From Vicugna vicugna (taxonomy: Eukaryota), in the NCBI GenBank assembly GCA_013265495.1, contig MU058584.1:3414508-3478507 (forward strand): a DNA stretch of 64,000 nucleotides. The letters run 5' to 3'. Of this stretch, positions 24,861 to 39,140 are shown in pieces. The stretch's first letter is position 1. Each line of letters opens with the position of its first letter. Under the pieces are notes generated by a model. It was not told where the DNA came from and did not search any database. It saw only the letters and a program-made list of their open reading frames with translations. The position numbers and the translations under genes were made by a program.

Positions 24861-27039
24861 CTTTCCCAGCTTGAAAATGAGACTAAACACCCCATATTTT
24901 CTCTCACCACTGAGCCTTTGCAAAGGATGTTCCCTTTTTGGGGTGTGCTTCCATCCCCCTTACGTCCCCCACTGTCTAGTTCACAGCCCACAGTGAGAAA
25001 TACATTTTATATTCAACCCACTGCAAATATTTCATGAAATAATAATAACCTTTGTTACCTGCAATACATTCTGATCTGTTCTCCATTCTATTTTTTCCTG
25101 TTCTTTTCTCTTCTACTATCCTATAGTTCAGTCTGTTATTTCATTTCAAAACACATTGGTGGTGACACACTTATTAATTTCCTTAGCCCACTCATAGGTT
25201 ACCAAAAGCACTGGCCTAGATAATTCCTACTCATCTATCAGATCTCTGCTCACATGTTGCTGCTTCAGGAAGTTCTTCTCCTGGCCTCCCAGGCTACCTT
25301 GAGCCCCTGATAGAGAGTCTAACAGCCCCCTCTTCTATCACAACTTCTTGTGTAATTGTTTGGCTGTCTTTTTTTCCCCCTAGATTCTAAGCTTCATGAG
25401 GATGGGATTTCTTTGGTTTCATTTTTTTCATCATCATATTCTCAGTGCCTAGCATGTTGTCTGCAACCCATCTGTGCACACTAAAGCTTTGCTGAATAAA
25501 TGAGCTGGGTATTTTTAAATTGGGGGCAGAGGGGCTTACATAACCAGATTTATGCTTCAGGTAGATCACTTGGGCTACACACATTTCATTCTTCAAAGGA
25601 CAAGCAAAGTTGGGGGAGGTGTTGAAGGGTGGACGGCTTCAAGGAGGAGAGGCAGGGAGATTAGTTTGGAGGCCTGTATAGAGGGGACAATCAGTGGTGC
25701 TGAAGAACTGGGGACAGCTCCACGAGATGGCTTGAAAGGAGAACTGAGAAAACATAATGATCGGCTTTCGGGGTAAATCCAGTTCTCGAGGACTTTTTCT
25801 GTCACTCTCCAGAAGCAGGAAGTCTCCCTTCTGCTTACGTGGGTCCCTCCCGGCTTGATGATCTTCCTGGCCTGGGGCTCCGCATCCTGGGAGGAAGGTG
25901 GTAAAGGAATCACAGCCTCTGCTGGATCCACTGCTTTCCTGGTCCTCACGGCCTCATCCCCTGGGCTAATTATACTGTGACTCTCTTTATTTTCTCCACT
26001 GATGTTAGTTTTAAGCCAATTAAGATGGGGAGGGATTTCAAGTAGGATTGTGTCTTTATTGATCAGCTTCACACAAAAGCCTTAGTTCTTAATTAAGAGG
26101 AGTCCATTGCTCTTATCTACAGACACCAAGCCTTCTGAGGTGACCTGACCCACAGGAGAGGAAAGGCAGGCTCCGGCTGCATTTAGTTTAGAGATGCAGC
26201 CCCAGCACTGATCCCTTAGCACCCAGCACCAGCTCTGGGCTGGCCTATGTTTTTTGGCAATAGCTTTGGAGCCCAAGGCTGTGTCTCCGCAGTGTGACTT
26301 AGACCTCCCTTGGTAGTGGATGTGGTGTTCGTCCCTGTCATGAGGGTGCAATGCCCCGTGGTTCAGACTGTCTGTGATTGTTCTAATTTGGTTATTAAAA
26401 CTGCCAAAATAATGACTAATGCAACTGACAAAAATATTTTTGGTGCACTGTTACATCAACCACTTGACTACTGGCCTCTATCAGAGCTGCAAACTCTAAA
26501 TGAAGCAAAAATCAGCAGTCCATAGGATGAGGAGATATTTATCAGTGGGCATCCCATGAGGAGTTGTCTCCTTTTTCTGGGGTCATGCTGTGTAGAACAG
26601 GAACACTCTGGCCGTGTTTCTGCCAGTTTCCTTTCCTCTTCCCATTCTTTATCTCTCTCTCCCTCAGATAAATACTTCTTCCCTTCCAGGTTGAATATGT
26701 ATTGAACCAGTTCTTCTTAGATAAACTGGTTTGCATTTTTCTCCCAAGATAAATCTCATTTTATTATGTGCTGTCCATATTTCTAATCTGCTGTGTCCAT
26801 TTATATTATCACTTGGCCTTGCCTGAGGCTTGGCCTACTTCTCAGTTCAGTGTTGCCATGACTTCAGAGTGGCCACAGAGCAAGCCAGGAGCACACTTCC
26901 TTCCATTATGGAGAAAAGGTGGGGAGAAGAGGAAGAAAAGCCAATGAGAAGAAAAATAACCATCTGTTTACTTACTGAACAGGACAAGCTGTGATTTTGC
27001 ACAAATTTTGCAGAAAGAACCAGCTATATCAATAGTAAT

Positions 27040-27225
27040 AACAGCAAACAGCATAATTTGAGTGTTTTATGCATATTAACTCTGTCAGTCCTTACAACCA
27101 CCCTCTGAAGTAGATACTGTTATCATCTCTCTTTCAGTTGAGGGAACTGAGGTACAGAGAGTTTAAATAATGTACCCAAGATACGTTGTGCTAACGCAAT
27201 TAACAAGTGATGGAGACTGGATCCT
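27040..27225 (-). mobile_element. MIR SINE
   Basis: ttcagttgagggaactgaggtacagagagtttaaataa (reverse MIR core). Confidence 0.8.
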
Positions 27226-28140
27226 GTGATGCTAATATAAATTATACGGATCTTAAATTTTAGTAGCTTTAAAATTTTTTATTTCTAAGTTCAGGTGTCA
27301 GATACATAGCTGACTTCAGTATCTGCTTGGAAAACTCATTCGTATCATTTTCCTCTACAATTCCAATGACCTACCCACTCCTGGGGCATTCTTCCTCACT
27401 TCTCTTTATGTTATGATGATCATGTATGTCATTTGTGTGTGTGTGTGTGGTGTGTGTGAATGTAGACAGATACACAAATATATGCATAGGAAGCAGGTGT
27501 TTTAGCCATTGCTTATTTTAAAAAAATGCGATCACATTATGTACAGAGCTATGCAATTCGTCTTTCTCATAAAAACTGATGGGAATTCTTTAAAGGCAAT
27601 TGTTAGGGAATAAATTCATGCTTTGTAATAGCTGTATCATATTTCACAGTATTAATGTACTATATTAATCCAAATATCCCTGTATAGATCTACAGTTACT
27701 TTGTTTCTATAATCTTAACTGCAATTTTAATTGTAATAATTATTGTGTTGGTATAAACAATGTTATAATAAACATCCTCAAATGTGTATTCTTATGTACT
27801 AAGAATTGTATTTCTCAGGAAACCAATTCAGTGGTTTTTTTAGAATATTTAGATTTATGCAATCATCACCACAACCAGTTCTGGAACATTTTTAATCACC
27901 CCACAAAGAAACCTCATATCCAACAGCAATCACTTCTCATTCCTCCCTAGCCCTCCATCTCTAGACAACTACTAATTTATATTCTGCTTCTTTATATGTT
28001 AACTATTCTGGACATTTTGTATAAATTGAATCATACGATATGTGATGTTTTGTGGCTATTTTGTGCTCTTGTGTGCTACTTTGAATATAGTTTACATGTA
28101 TTTGTTAGAGTCTTTGTTTTCAATCCTTGTGTGTACATAC

Positions 28141-28625
28141 TATATTAGTCAGATTTTTTCCCCAGAGAAACAGAATCAAACAGAAGTAAATGAAGAGATT
28201 TATTATAGGGTATTGGCTCATGTGATTACCGGGATCTGAGAGAGCCCATGATCTGTCATCTGCAAGCTGGAGTCCCTGGAAAGCTGGTAGTAGTTTGAAA
28301 GATTGGGAGCCAGACAGTTGATGGAATAGATTCCAATCTGAAGTCCTGATAATCAGGAGTGCTGAGGGCAGGAGACTGACACCCCAGCTCAACAGTCAGG
28401 CAGAGAGCAAATTCAACGATCCTCTGCCTTTTTTCTCTATTTAGGTCCTCAATGGATTGAATGAAGCCACTCACACTGGGGAGGGCCCTCTGCTTTACTC
28501 AGTTCACCAATTTAAATGGTAGTCTCTTCTAAAAACATTCTCACAGACATAGCCAGAAATAATATGCAACTAGCTATCTGGGTATCCCATAGCCCAGTCA
28601 AAGTGACACATAATATTAACCATCA
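28141..28625 (-). mobile_element. MLT2-type (ERVL) solo LTR inserted in L1
   Basis: tattagtcag...cagagaaacagaatcaa...gagatttattatagggtattggctca; ends cccagtcaaagtgacacataatattaaccatca. Confidence 0.85.
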
Positions 28626-28850
28626 TGTATGCCTATGAGTGAAATTGCTGGGTCATATGGTAGCTCTAATTGTTTTAGGAACTACCCAGACTGTTTTTCA
28701 AAGTGGCTACATCATTTTACACTCACGTCAATAAGTGTTGTGAAGGTTCTGATTTCTCCACACCCTCCCAGAACTTGCTATTATGTCTCTTTAATTATAG
28801 TCATCCTAGTGGGTGTAAAATGGTATCACAATGTGATTAAAAAACACCTT

Positions 28851-28918
28851 TATATATATAATATTATATATAATATATAATATATAATATGTATATATAA
28901 TATACTATATATATATAA
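28851..28918. repeat. Imperfect (TA)n/(TATAA)n microsatellite
   Basis: Directly visible. Confidence 0.9.
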
Positions 28919-31900
28919 AGTTTGGTCAGTTTACAATGTTGTGTCAATTTGTGGTGTGATTTTGATTTCCATTTCCTTGGTGACTGATTTTGTTGAACTT
29001 CTTTTCATGTATTTACTTGTATATCTTCTTTGGAGAAATGTCTGTTCAAATCCTTTGTCCATTTTTGAATTGGGTTGTCTTCTCCTTATTGAGTTGTAGG
29101 AGATCTTTGTAAATTCTAAGTACTAGTCCCTTCTTAGACGTAAGATTTGCAAACATTTCCTCTAATTCTGTGTGTTGTCTTTTCACTTTTTTGATGATAT
29201 AGTTTGAAGCACAAGGGTTTTAATTTTGATACATTTTTGATGCAATTTATCTATCTTGTTCTTTCATCACTTGTGCTTTTGGTACCATATTTAAGAAGGC
29301 TTGCCTAATGAAGATCACAAAGATTTACTCCCATATCATCTTCTAAGGATTTTTAAAAAATATATATATTTACTTACAATTTGTCATATTTCTTAATTTT
29401 ATTATAAGAAAACAGAATAACATTTCTGCAACAAAAATTGAAATATGTGATTTGACAAGGAGAAGTGTGTTTATGAGGAGAATAGAACATAAAATTGGAA
29501 GCTAATATTTGCTTCAGAAAAGCTGAGTAATATAGTGGCCATATCCATAGCCAAGATGGAAGAAAAATTATTTGAAATTGCAAGAGGGTTTTATAGCTTT
29601 AGCTCTGCTGTTTAGATCTATAATCTATTTTGAGATAATTTTTATATTGTGTGAAGAAAGGGGTCCTACTTCAGTCTTTTGCATGTGACTATTCAGTTGT
29701 CCCACATTTGTTGACAAGACCATTCTTTTCCCATTGAAAAGATTTTGACGGTAAATTTGAGGCTGTATTTCTGAATTCTCAATTCTAGTCTATTGATCTA
29801 TAGTCTATCCTATGACAGTACAAGAGTATCTAGATTACTGTAGCTTTAGAATAAGCTTTGAAATGGGGGAGTGTGAATCTTCCAACTTTGGTCTCCTTTT
29901 TCAAGATTGCTTGGCTATTCTGAGTCCCTTGGTTTTCTGTATTTTGGGTTCTTTAATCTATAGGATTAAGACAATCCTAAAATAATTTTTACAAAGAAGG
30001 CAGCTGGGATTTTCATAAGGATTGCATTGAATGTGTGGATCAATTTGAAGAGTATTCGCAACTTAAGAAACACTAAGTCTTCTGATCCATGAACATGGGA
30101 TGTCTTTCCATTTATTTAGGTTTTTAATTTCTTTCAGTGATTTTAGGCAGTTTTCAGAGTAAAACTTTTACACTTCTTTTGTAAGAATTTTATTCTTTTG
30201 ATACTAGAGTAAATGAAATTGTTTTCTTATTTTTTTTGAATTGTTCATTGTTAGTGTACAGATACACAAGTGATTATGTGTTGATCTGGTATTTTGTAAC
30301 TTTGATGAATTATTATCTCTAAAATTTTTTGTGTGACTTCTTTAGGATTTTTCTATATTTAATAACATGGCATTTGTGAATAGAGATAGTTTCAATTTTT
30401 CCTTTTAGTTTAATTGCCTTTTATTTTATTCATTACCTAATTGCCTGGAGTAGGACATCTAGTATAATGTTGAATAGAAGTAGTGAGAATGTACATCTTT
30501 GTCTTGTTCTTGATCTTATGGGGAAAGTTTATCTATTTGATTTCTCTTTTCAAAGAATCAGCTTTAAAATTTGATGTGTTATTTTTTGATTTCTATTTTA
30601 TTTACTTTAATACTTAAACACCTTTATGATTTAACAAATTGGAATAGAAAACTTCCTCCACCTGATAAAGAACACCTATGAAAAACCCACAGCGAGCATC
30701 CACTTTAAAATTTCTTAAGTTAAGCACTAATTGTCTTTAATTTTCATCTTTAAAAATTTATGAGTACATATGGGTATATACATTTTTTTCTCTGTATACA
30801 GCTTTTTCTGTGTCTGAAGGTTTTGGTATAAAGTATATAAGTTACTACTATATCATTTATTGCTTTCTTTATAGTTTACATTTCCTTCTGGATTTTCTGT
30901 TTGATCCAATTATTAGCTAGGAAGGTATTTCTTATTTCTAAAAGTTAAGATCTTCTTCATTGTAATGAAAAGTAAAATGAAAAGATTACTTTCTCATTAC
31001 TCATTTCTTTTTTATTGACTGAAAAATATAGACTGTTAAATCCTGTTAAACTACTTTGAATTTTTCCAAATAATACATTATTTGTGGATGAATACATAAT
31101 TGATTTTTGTAAATATTCCAGTGATATAAGAAAAAAATGAGTAGTTTTTGTTTGGTGGATTTGGGCTCTAAATATATCTATAATTTGAACATTCATTTCC
31201 TCAATTTCCCTGCTGTTCTTTTTACTGGATCTGTGTAAATTTGAAAGTGGTATAATGAAGTGTCTCACTATATTTGAAATTTTATTAAAATTTCCATACA
31301 TTTCTAATAGTTTTTTCCTTAAGCATTTAGCTGCTATAATTGCTTTAAGCACACAGATTTATGACTCATTCTGTCTTCCTAAATTATGCTGTAAGCTTTG
31401 TCTCAATACATAATAAGCCCTTGTTTTCCTGCTTAGTATTTTAAAATTTAAATTCCACCTTGTTTGATATTAGCTCTTATCTTTAAAAAATAGTTGTTTG
31501 GTGCTAATTCTTTTAATTAATCAGTTGTTATCTTTACTTTGTTTTAAACATATTTATAGTAAACTATAAATATCTACTCATCTCCCCTCCCCACTACCTA
31601 CCCTTAAATTGAATAGTCTCTGCTTTTTAATGGGAATTCAGTCATTTCATTTATTGGAATGTCTGATGTGTTTGACTTTGTTTCTTTCATTTTTATGCTT
31701 TTAAAAATTTATTTTATATAAAGGAGAAGAGACAAAGCCTCATTCCTGTATTCAAATAAAAAAAAAAAAAGGAGATACTCCCCACTCCAGTAGATGGAGC
31801 TTAATTCTTACCATCCCCCTCCCAAGGTTGGAGACCTACTGACAATAGAGTGGGGAAAGAATAACGATCATTTTAAGTGGAGAAACCGGGCAAACATTCC

Positions 31901-34364
31901 TTTCACCAGTGATGTTACGTATGTGTCATCTATCATCTGATACGATGTGACAAAAAGGGTATTTCACTTTTGTAGTGGTCTTTCCAAAAACCTGTAACCC
32001 AGTGTAACCATGACAAAGTGTCAGACAAACCCAGTTTGGGGACATAAAAAGTTATTTTACATTGTTAATTCTTTTCTTATATTAGTGGGTTTCTTCAAGA
32101 TGATCTTTATTCCAGTCCCCACACTGCTTTCCTTGTTAGTCTGAAAGTTCTACTTTGCTTTCTCTCCTACTAATGCTTAACTCACTTTCTTTACATTAAT
32201 AACCAGATATATATGTTTCTTATATTGTTTGAAAACAATACGCTAACTGTTTCCTCCACCAAGATGCACATTTGGCCCTCTGAGACACTTCATCCCCAAC
32301 TTCACTCCATCCGAATAAGATGAGAACTCTGGAGAGCTCGTATTTCCTCCTTCTTTCTTTCCCTCAACTGCCGGATTTTGCTACTTCTAGGTTTTTAAGT
32401 AGCTTTCATTTGGACAGTAATTTTTTGGAGTATATATCTTCTGTGTCAAGAGACCTTTTAGAACACATTATATTTCATATGATGCAGCTCATTGTGATAC
32501 ATTTAAATTCAATTATTTACATATTATTGCATAACTCATGGTTATTATCTCTTCTTTTTCTCCTTCCCCTCAAAAGTATCTGTTCTAGCTCATTAGTTGT
32601 TGCTTAGAGTCCCATGTAGATTTTTCTTTTAATGTGGCTGGTGGGATTGAAAATTTTAATTTTAACTTAATTTTAAACATCTTTAATGAGATATAATTCA
32701 TCTAAGGTGTACAGAGTTTAGTGGTTTTTAGTATATTCAGTCATGCAGCTATCACTACAGTATAACTTTAGAACACTTTCACCACACCCAAAAGAAACTC
32801 CCTGCTCCCTGCTACTTACCCATCCCATCTCTCCCACCCTCACCAGCCCCAGCCAATAACTAATGTATTTTAAATCTCTATAGATTTGCCTATTCTGAAC
32901 ATTCCATATAAATGGAATTACACAATATGTACTTTTTTTGTGACTGATTTCTTTCACTTAGCATAATGTCCTTAGGGTTCTTCCATGTTGTAGAATGTAT
33001 CAGCACTTCATTCTTTTTTATTGTCAAATAATATTTTATTGTATGAGTATACTACGTTTTTACCCATTCATTAGTTGAAGGACATGAGAGTTGTTTCCAG
33101 TTTTCGACTATTATGAATAATGCTGCTATGAACATTTGTGTACAGGATTTTGTGTGGACAAGTGTTTTCATTTCTCTTGGATATAGACCAAGGAGTGGAA
33201 TTGTTAGTCATATGGTAACTATGTTTAACATTTTGAGGAACTGCCAGACTATTTTTCAGAGTAGCCACACCATTTTACATTCCTACCAGCAATGTATAAG
33301 GATCCAATTTTTCCCTATCCTTCTTAACAGTCATTAATATGTTTCTTTTTATTTAAATAAGTTTTTTTGTTATAGCCATCCTAGTGGTTGTGGTTTGGAC
33401 TTGCATTTCTCTAATGGCTAATGATATTGAACTTCTTTTCATGTGCTTATTGGCCATTCGCATACCTTCTTTGAGAAATATCAATGCAGATCCTTTGCTC
33501 ATTTTTAAATTGAGTCGTCTACCTTTTTAAAATATTGACTGAAAAGAGTTCTTTTTATATTCTGGATGCAAGTCTTTTGTCAGATAGATGAGTTGTGAAT
33601 ACTCTTTCCCATTTTATGGATTGTCTTTTCACTTTTTTCACAGTGTCTTTTAAAACAAACATTTTTAATTTTGATGAAGTCCAATATTTCTCTATTTTCA
33701 TTTGTTGCTTGTGGTTTCAGTGGCATGTCTAAGAAACCACTGCTTCACCCAAGGTCGTAAAGATTTACTCCTATGTTTTCTTCTAGGAGTTTCATAGTTT
33801 TAGATCTTATATTTAGGTCTATGATCCATTTTGAGTTAATTTTTATATGGTATTAAGTAGCAGTCCAACTTCATTCTCTTGCATGAGTATATCCTCCTTG
33901 GAATCTATTTCCTGAGATGAATGACAATGGTGATAACATTCTCTAATTTCTGGTATGTTCCCATGCATTTTCCTTTTATTCTAATGAGTGAATAATCTTG
34001 GCTGGGTGTAGAATCTTGGTTGCAATCTCACAGCATCTGGGGATGTTATTTTCCTCTTTCTCATCTTTTAAGGTTGCAGCAAAGAAATCTGATGCCATAC
34101 TCATTATTTTTTTCTTTATGGAGCTTATGTTCTTTTTATTTGAATATGTTGCAGGCTTTTCTCTTCAGAGAGGTTCTTGTTTATTATAACTGTTATTTCT
34201 CCTCTTCTGGAACACCCATGACTCACATGTTAGGTCTTCCAGATATAGTCTCCATGCCTCTTATATTTTCTTTCATGATTTACATCTCTTTATATTTTTC
34301 CTTTTTCTAAGTTCTAGAAGATGGTGATGTTGCTGTGCATATGCTGCCCTTGAGTCTCCTTAAG

Positions 34365-34755
34365 TAAGTAAGCCAGAAAGAGAAAGAAAAATACCATATG
34401 AGATCACTCATATGTGGAATCTAAAAAACAAAAACAAAAACAAACAAACAAATAAAAACAAAGCATAAATACAGGACAGAAATAGACTCATGGACAGAGA
34501 ATACAGACTTGCGGTTACCAGGGGGGTAGAGGGTGGGAAGGGATAGACTGGGATTTCAAAATTGTAGAATAGATAAACAAGATTACACTGTATAGCACAG
34601 GGAAATATATACAAAATGTTATGATAAATCACAGAGAAAAAAATGTGACAATGAGTGTGTATATGTCCATGAATGACTGAAAAATTGTGCTGAACACTGG
34701 AATTTGACACAACATTGTAAAATGATTATAAATCAATAAAAAACGTTAAAAAAAC
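34365..34755 (+). mobile_element. Young camelid-type L1 3' end
   Basis: ORF2 terminus (agccagaaagagaaagaaaaataccatatgagatcactcatatgtggaatctaa), 3'UTR, aataaa and A tail; same subfamily as the element at 51.7-52.7 kb. Confidence 0.9.
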
Positions 34756-36819
34756 TTGTCATCTTCATATTAAAAATATTGGCATTTTTCTTCAGCAGTT
34801 CTATTTCACTGTATACGCGTTCAGTGTCTTCTGATGGATGTTTCTCTCTGACAGGCAGGTGAGAGACACTTCAGCCCCCTGACACTCTGGTCTGCTTGTT
34901 TAAGCCCCTGATGTGGCAGCAGCCCCAGCAGTGGTGGACGTCAAAGCTGCTCTTCTCACTGTGGGTGAGGGCAGCGGGGGGAAGCTGGCAGATTGCAGGG
35001 CCCTGGAAGAAGCCTCCTTGCTCCCTAGTTTTCTCATGATTCCTAATGTCTAGAGCAGGGAAGACTCAGTCTACTAGTCCTATCCTTCTCGGTCTCTTAG
35101 TCCCTGAAAACCCAAGCTACTTCCACCAGGATCCCAGCTCTCACTCTGATCCCCTGCTTATGACCCCACTCTGAAGCTTTCCAACTCCAGCTTCCTGGGG
35201 TCCTGCTAAGTCCATGGTGAGAAAGTTCGCACAGCTTCTCTCAGAAGACTCCACAGTACCCAAATCTTTACTTGAACCTGCTGTCCACAGGCCCCAGAAG
35301 CCATTAGAAGTGGGAGAGGCAGAGAGATTGAAGGTGTGCCTGAGGGAGGGAAGGAGTTCAGATCATCACCTTCCCAGGACTCTGCAACAGATTACACAGC
35401 TTCAATTTCAATTTCTGATTTATTTCTCTGGCTCCTTAAGCAGAATGTCTTCTCTTAGGCCTGGGCCTGAGTTCCATTTGTTTTTGTACACCCAACACCT
35501 GGCACAGTGCGTGGGACATAATGGACTTGCATTAGCTATTTTTGGAATGAATGAATGCAAATGTGAAACTGCAGTGAATGACTTGACCATGCCTCAGGAA
35601 ATCCATCTAGAGCCTTGCATTGCACACAACGTCTCTGACCCTGGTAATTTAGGCAAAGGGGATTTTACTGGAATGATATTGAGAGAGTCCAAGAATGGAG
35701 AAAATCTAGAGAACTAGACCTAGAAATGGGCAGGAGTCAAGGCATCACTTGAGGGCCAGGAAACCAGACGTCAGGACTAATCAAGTAGCAGGAACATTAT
35801 GATAAGGGTGAATTACTGGGTGAATGTTCTCCAATTATTTTTTTCTATGTCTTTGCATTGCTCACTCACTATTTAAAGTCCTGGAAGAGAGCCTGTTAGC
35901 CATGCTGCTGTATGACGACCATGGCAGGAAGGATTCGATCTATTGGCTTCCAAAGTGGGAGCCAGGCATCTTACTTTCCCATCCCACAAGGCTACCCACA
36001 AAGAGGAGAGTAATCTTCCTAGGGGGACAGGAGTGTGTTAGGAAAGGGAGTATAGTGTTGGGCGACCACGAAACGACATATGCTCCCGATGAGACAATAT
36101 TTTAGAAGATAGGTCTCTGATTTCTAAAGTGGAACAAGAGATCCCTCTCTGAACAACACCCTTTCTCCCTGCTGCTGGAGCCCCTGACATCACTGCCAAG
36201 TCTGGAGTGGGGGTCGGGGGCCAAAGGCTGATAAAACTGCTACCAGATTCCTACCCTCTGCCTCCGTTTTCCAGTCCCTCCTCTTCTGAAGCGGGGCCTG
36301 TCCCCCTGGGAGCCGGAGGAATTCCTGGAACTGGTCTCATGGAGGCGCAGATGGGCTCTGGGGCCCTACAATCAACCCCAGCTCTTCCTCTTTTCTCATA
36401 AAAACAGTGTAGGAGATGACATTTAGGTTCTTAGATTAAGCAGGCTTTTGTGGGTTGGCTTGAGATGCCAGTCACTAAAAAGTGTTACTAGTTTCCAAGC
36501 AACCTTCCTTTCTCTCTGTCTCCCTTACTCTACAAATGTTTATTGAATGTCAGTCTTTGGAAACCAAAATAGCCCCTTCGTGGAACTTACAGTCTAGTGG
36601 GAGAAAACGGATGTGAAACAAACAGCCACATAGCTAAGCATGTATTTGCAAATCGGTTCAGTATTAGACATAATAGGTAGAGTGTCATGACAGGGACCTA
36701 ATTTAGATGGGGGAGATATGAAAAAGCCTCTTTGAAGAAGTGACAAACTGAAGACCCAAACATCCAGGAAGATTGTTTCATTCTTAGCTTTCCATCTCAT
36801 GGCAAAAAATTCTTTGTCT

Positions 36820-37002
36820 TGTCATCCTCAACCATGGGTGAAATTCAGGTGTGTCGTTCTGTTGTTGTTGTTGTTGTCACAGTGATTCAGGGGGTATGAC
36901 TGAAAGTTTGTGTGCAGAAGCAGAAGTGCGAATTGTGATTCTATGTAACAAAGGACTGTCCTGCTCAAAATGCTGACAGCACCTTCATCTGAGAAACCCT
37001 CT
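36820..37002. mobile_element. MER20-like hAT MITE
   Basis: aacaaaggactgtcctgctcaaaatgctgacagcacc...tgagaaaccct. Confidence 0.65.
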
Positions 37003-38170
37003 GTAGGCTGAAGTCAGTGTCTCAGCAGCCAGCTCCATCAGGAGAGCTGTTCCTTAGCGACTGCTGCTCTAGAAGTCCTGGGCTGGAACCAGATTGGCAC
37101 AGCTTGTGTCCTCTGTCCACCTCCTGAACCAAGCACAATGGCTGGGGATGAAATGGTGACTCAGAGTGGGGAAAGGGTTAATCTGCCAAGGGAAATAGTG
37201 GCGCTGTCGGCAGAAGAAGGGGAATGGATGCTGGGCAGGCAAAGTAGCTCTTGAATGTGGCACGGGTGAGAAGGGCAACAGAGCAAGATGAGGCTGGGTG
37301 GGGAGGCAAGGCGGATCATTCAGGGCCTTGTCAAAGATTTTAGACATCTCTTCATTGCCCTGGGAGACCACCAACAGGTTTTAAGCAAGGGAAGAGGGTG
37401 ACAAAGTCCGTGTCAAACTTCAGAGCCTGTACATTAAAGGTTTGGTGGGCTTCTTGCACAGACCCTCCTCCATGGAAGAAACACTCCACCTCCCCTGCCT
37501 CTCTCACATTCTCCTTTCTTACGTCTTTTTTTTAAAGTATAGCTTCCATTGTCTTCTACCTGGAAATAAAGGACAAAGGCAGAATTGTGCTCTGGGAAAG
37601 CACTGTTCTTCTACTGGCCTCTATCAAGTATGGTTTTATGAACTGCATCACATTTCAGAATTTGCCTTCTGGTCTGGAGACAAGAGTTGGAAATGAGCGA
37701 GTGTTCTTATTCCAGGAAGTCATTGGTTTAATCCAATTAACTATCTAGTGGAAAATCTCTCTCCATCGCAGCAATGCTTATGCTATCATGGCCAGGTCCA
37801 GGGCATTGCCAACACATCTTTGCAAATTTCATTAGCAGTGGCTAGTTCCGTTTTCTGCTAAGTCATTAATGAGTTTGTTAAACGAGAGCCAGTTCCAACA
37901 CCAGCCTTCGACATGCCCCAGCGGACCTTTTGCTTCCAACCAGACGTAGTTCCCATTTATCCCTGATTACGTAGTATTTTCACCCGGCCAGCATCCCATT
38001 TAGATGAGAGCATTCAAAAGCAGGCCAATTTAATTTGGAGCACAACTTCCATGGAAGTGGCTGTCAGATGTGTTTCTGATGCCCACATAATGTCGCTGTA
38101 CTCCTGTCACCTGCTCATTCTTCCATTCTGGCTCTTTTCCACGTCCTCCCATTGCCATTCCCCTAACAGG

Positions 38171-39140
38171 TTTTTTTTTTTTTTTTTCAATTGTAGTAAA
38201 AGGCACATAACATAAAAATTTACTACCTTAACCATTTTAAGTGTACAGTTCAGTAGTGTTAAGTGTATTTATATTGTTGTGCAAGCAATCCCCAGAATGT
38301 TTTTATCTTGTGAAATTAAACTCTATATGCATTAAACAACCACTTTTCTTTTCTCTTCCCCTAAGCTCCTGGGACCTACCATTCTATTTGCTGTTTTTAT
38401 GAATTTGGCTACTCTAGATACCTGATATGACTGGAATCAGACAGTACTTGGCTTTTTTTAACTGACTTATTTCACTTAGCATAACGTCCTCAAGGTCCAT
38501 CCACATTGGAGCACGTCAAAATTTCTTTCCTTTTTAAGGCTGAATATATTCCACCTTTTAGCTATTGTGAACATTACTGTTATGAACAGGGGTGTACAAA
38601 TATCTCTTCGAGGCCCTGTCCCTGTTTTCAATTCTTTTTGGTTACATGCACAGAAGAGAAATTGCAGGATCATTTGGTAACTCTTAGATTTTTTTTGAGG
38701 GACTGTCATACTGTTTTCCGTAGTGTGTCACAATTTAACATTCCTACCAATAGTGCCCAAAGTTTCCAGTTTCTCCATATCTTTTCCAACACTTGTTATT
38801 TCCTGCCTTTTTGATAATAGCCATTCTAATGGGTATGAACTGACATCTCATGATGGTTATGATTTGCATTTCCCTAATAATTAGAGATGCTGAGCGTCTT
38901 TTCATATGCTTGTTAGCCATTTGTGTATCTTCCTTGGGGAAATGCTTAAGTCCTTTGTTCATTTTTTTAATCAGTCATTTTTGTTGTTAAACTGTAGAAG
39001 TTTTTAAAAATATATATTCTGGATATTAACTTTTATCAGATATAGGACTTGCATTTCTTCTATTCCATAGGTCACCTCTTCATTCTGTTGATTGTATTTT
39101 TTGATACACAGAAGTTTTAAATTTTGGTGTAGTCTCCTAA
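38171..39140 (-). mobile_element. L1MB-type 3' fragment
   Basis: Poly-T at 38171-38187, then accttaaccattttaagtgtacagttcagtagtgttaag; degenerate ORF2 C-terminus in ORF 38744-38962. Confidence 0.88.

Larger units (their letters stand above)
27480..34320 (-). mobile_element. Nested cluster of old L1 (L1ME host with L1MB-type insertions at ~27820-30530 and ~32670-33890)
   Basis: Antisense L1 ORF2/3'UTR motifs throughout (ttggagaaatgtctgttcaaatcctttg; ggattgcattgaatgtgtggatcaatttg); T-rich; no long ORF. Confidence 0.85.

Noticed and set aside
25593..26072. 159-aa minus-strand ORF as a single-exon gene
   Set aside because: Non-ATG start and no recognisable domain; only the internal 48-nt segment has exon-like signals
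35214..35717. Longest ORF (167 aa) as a gene
   Set aside because: No recognisable homology; runs through an L2 3' end and into an LTR-like relic
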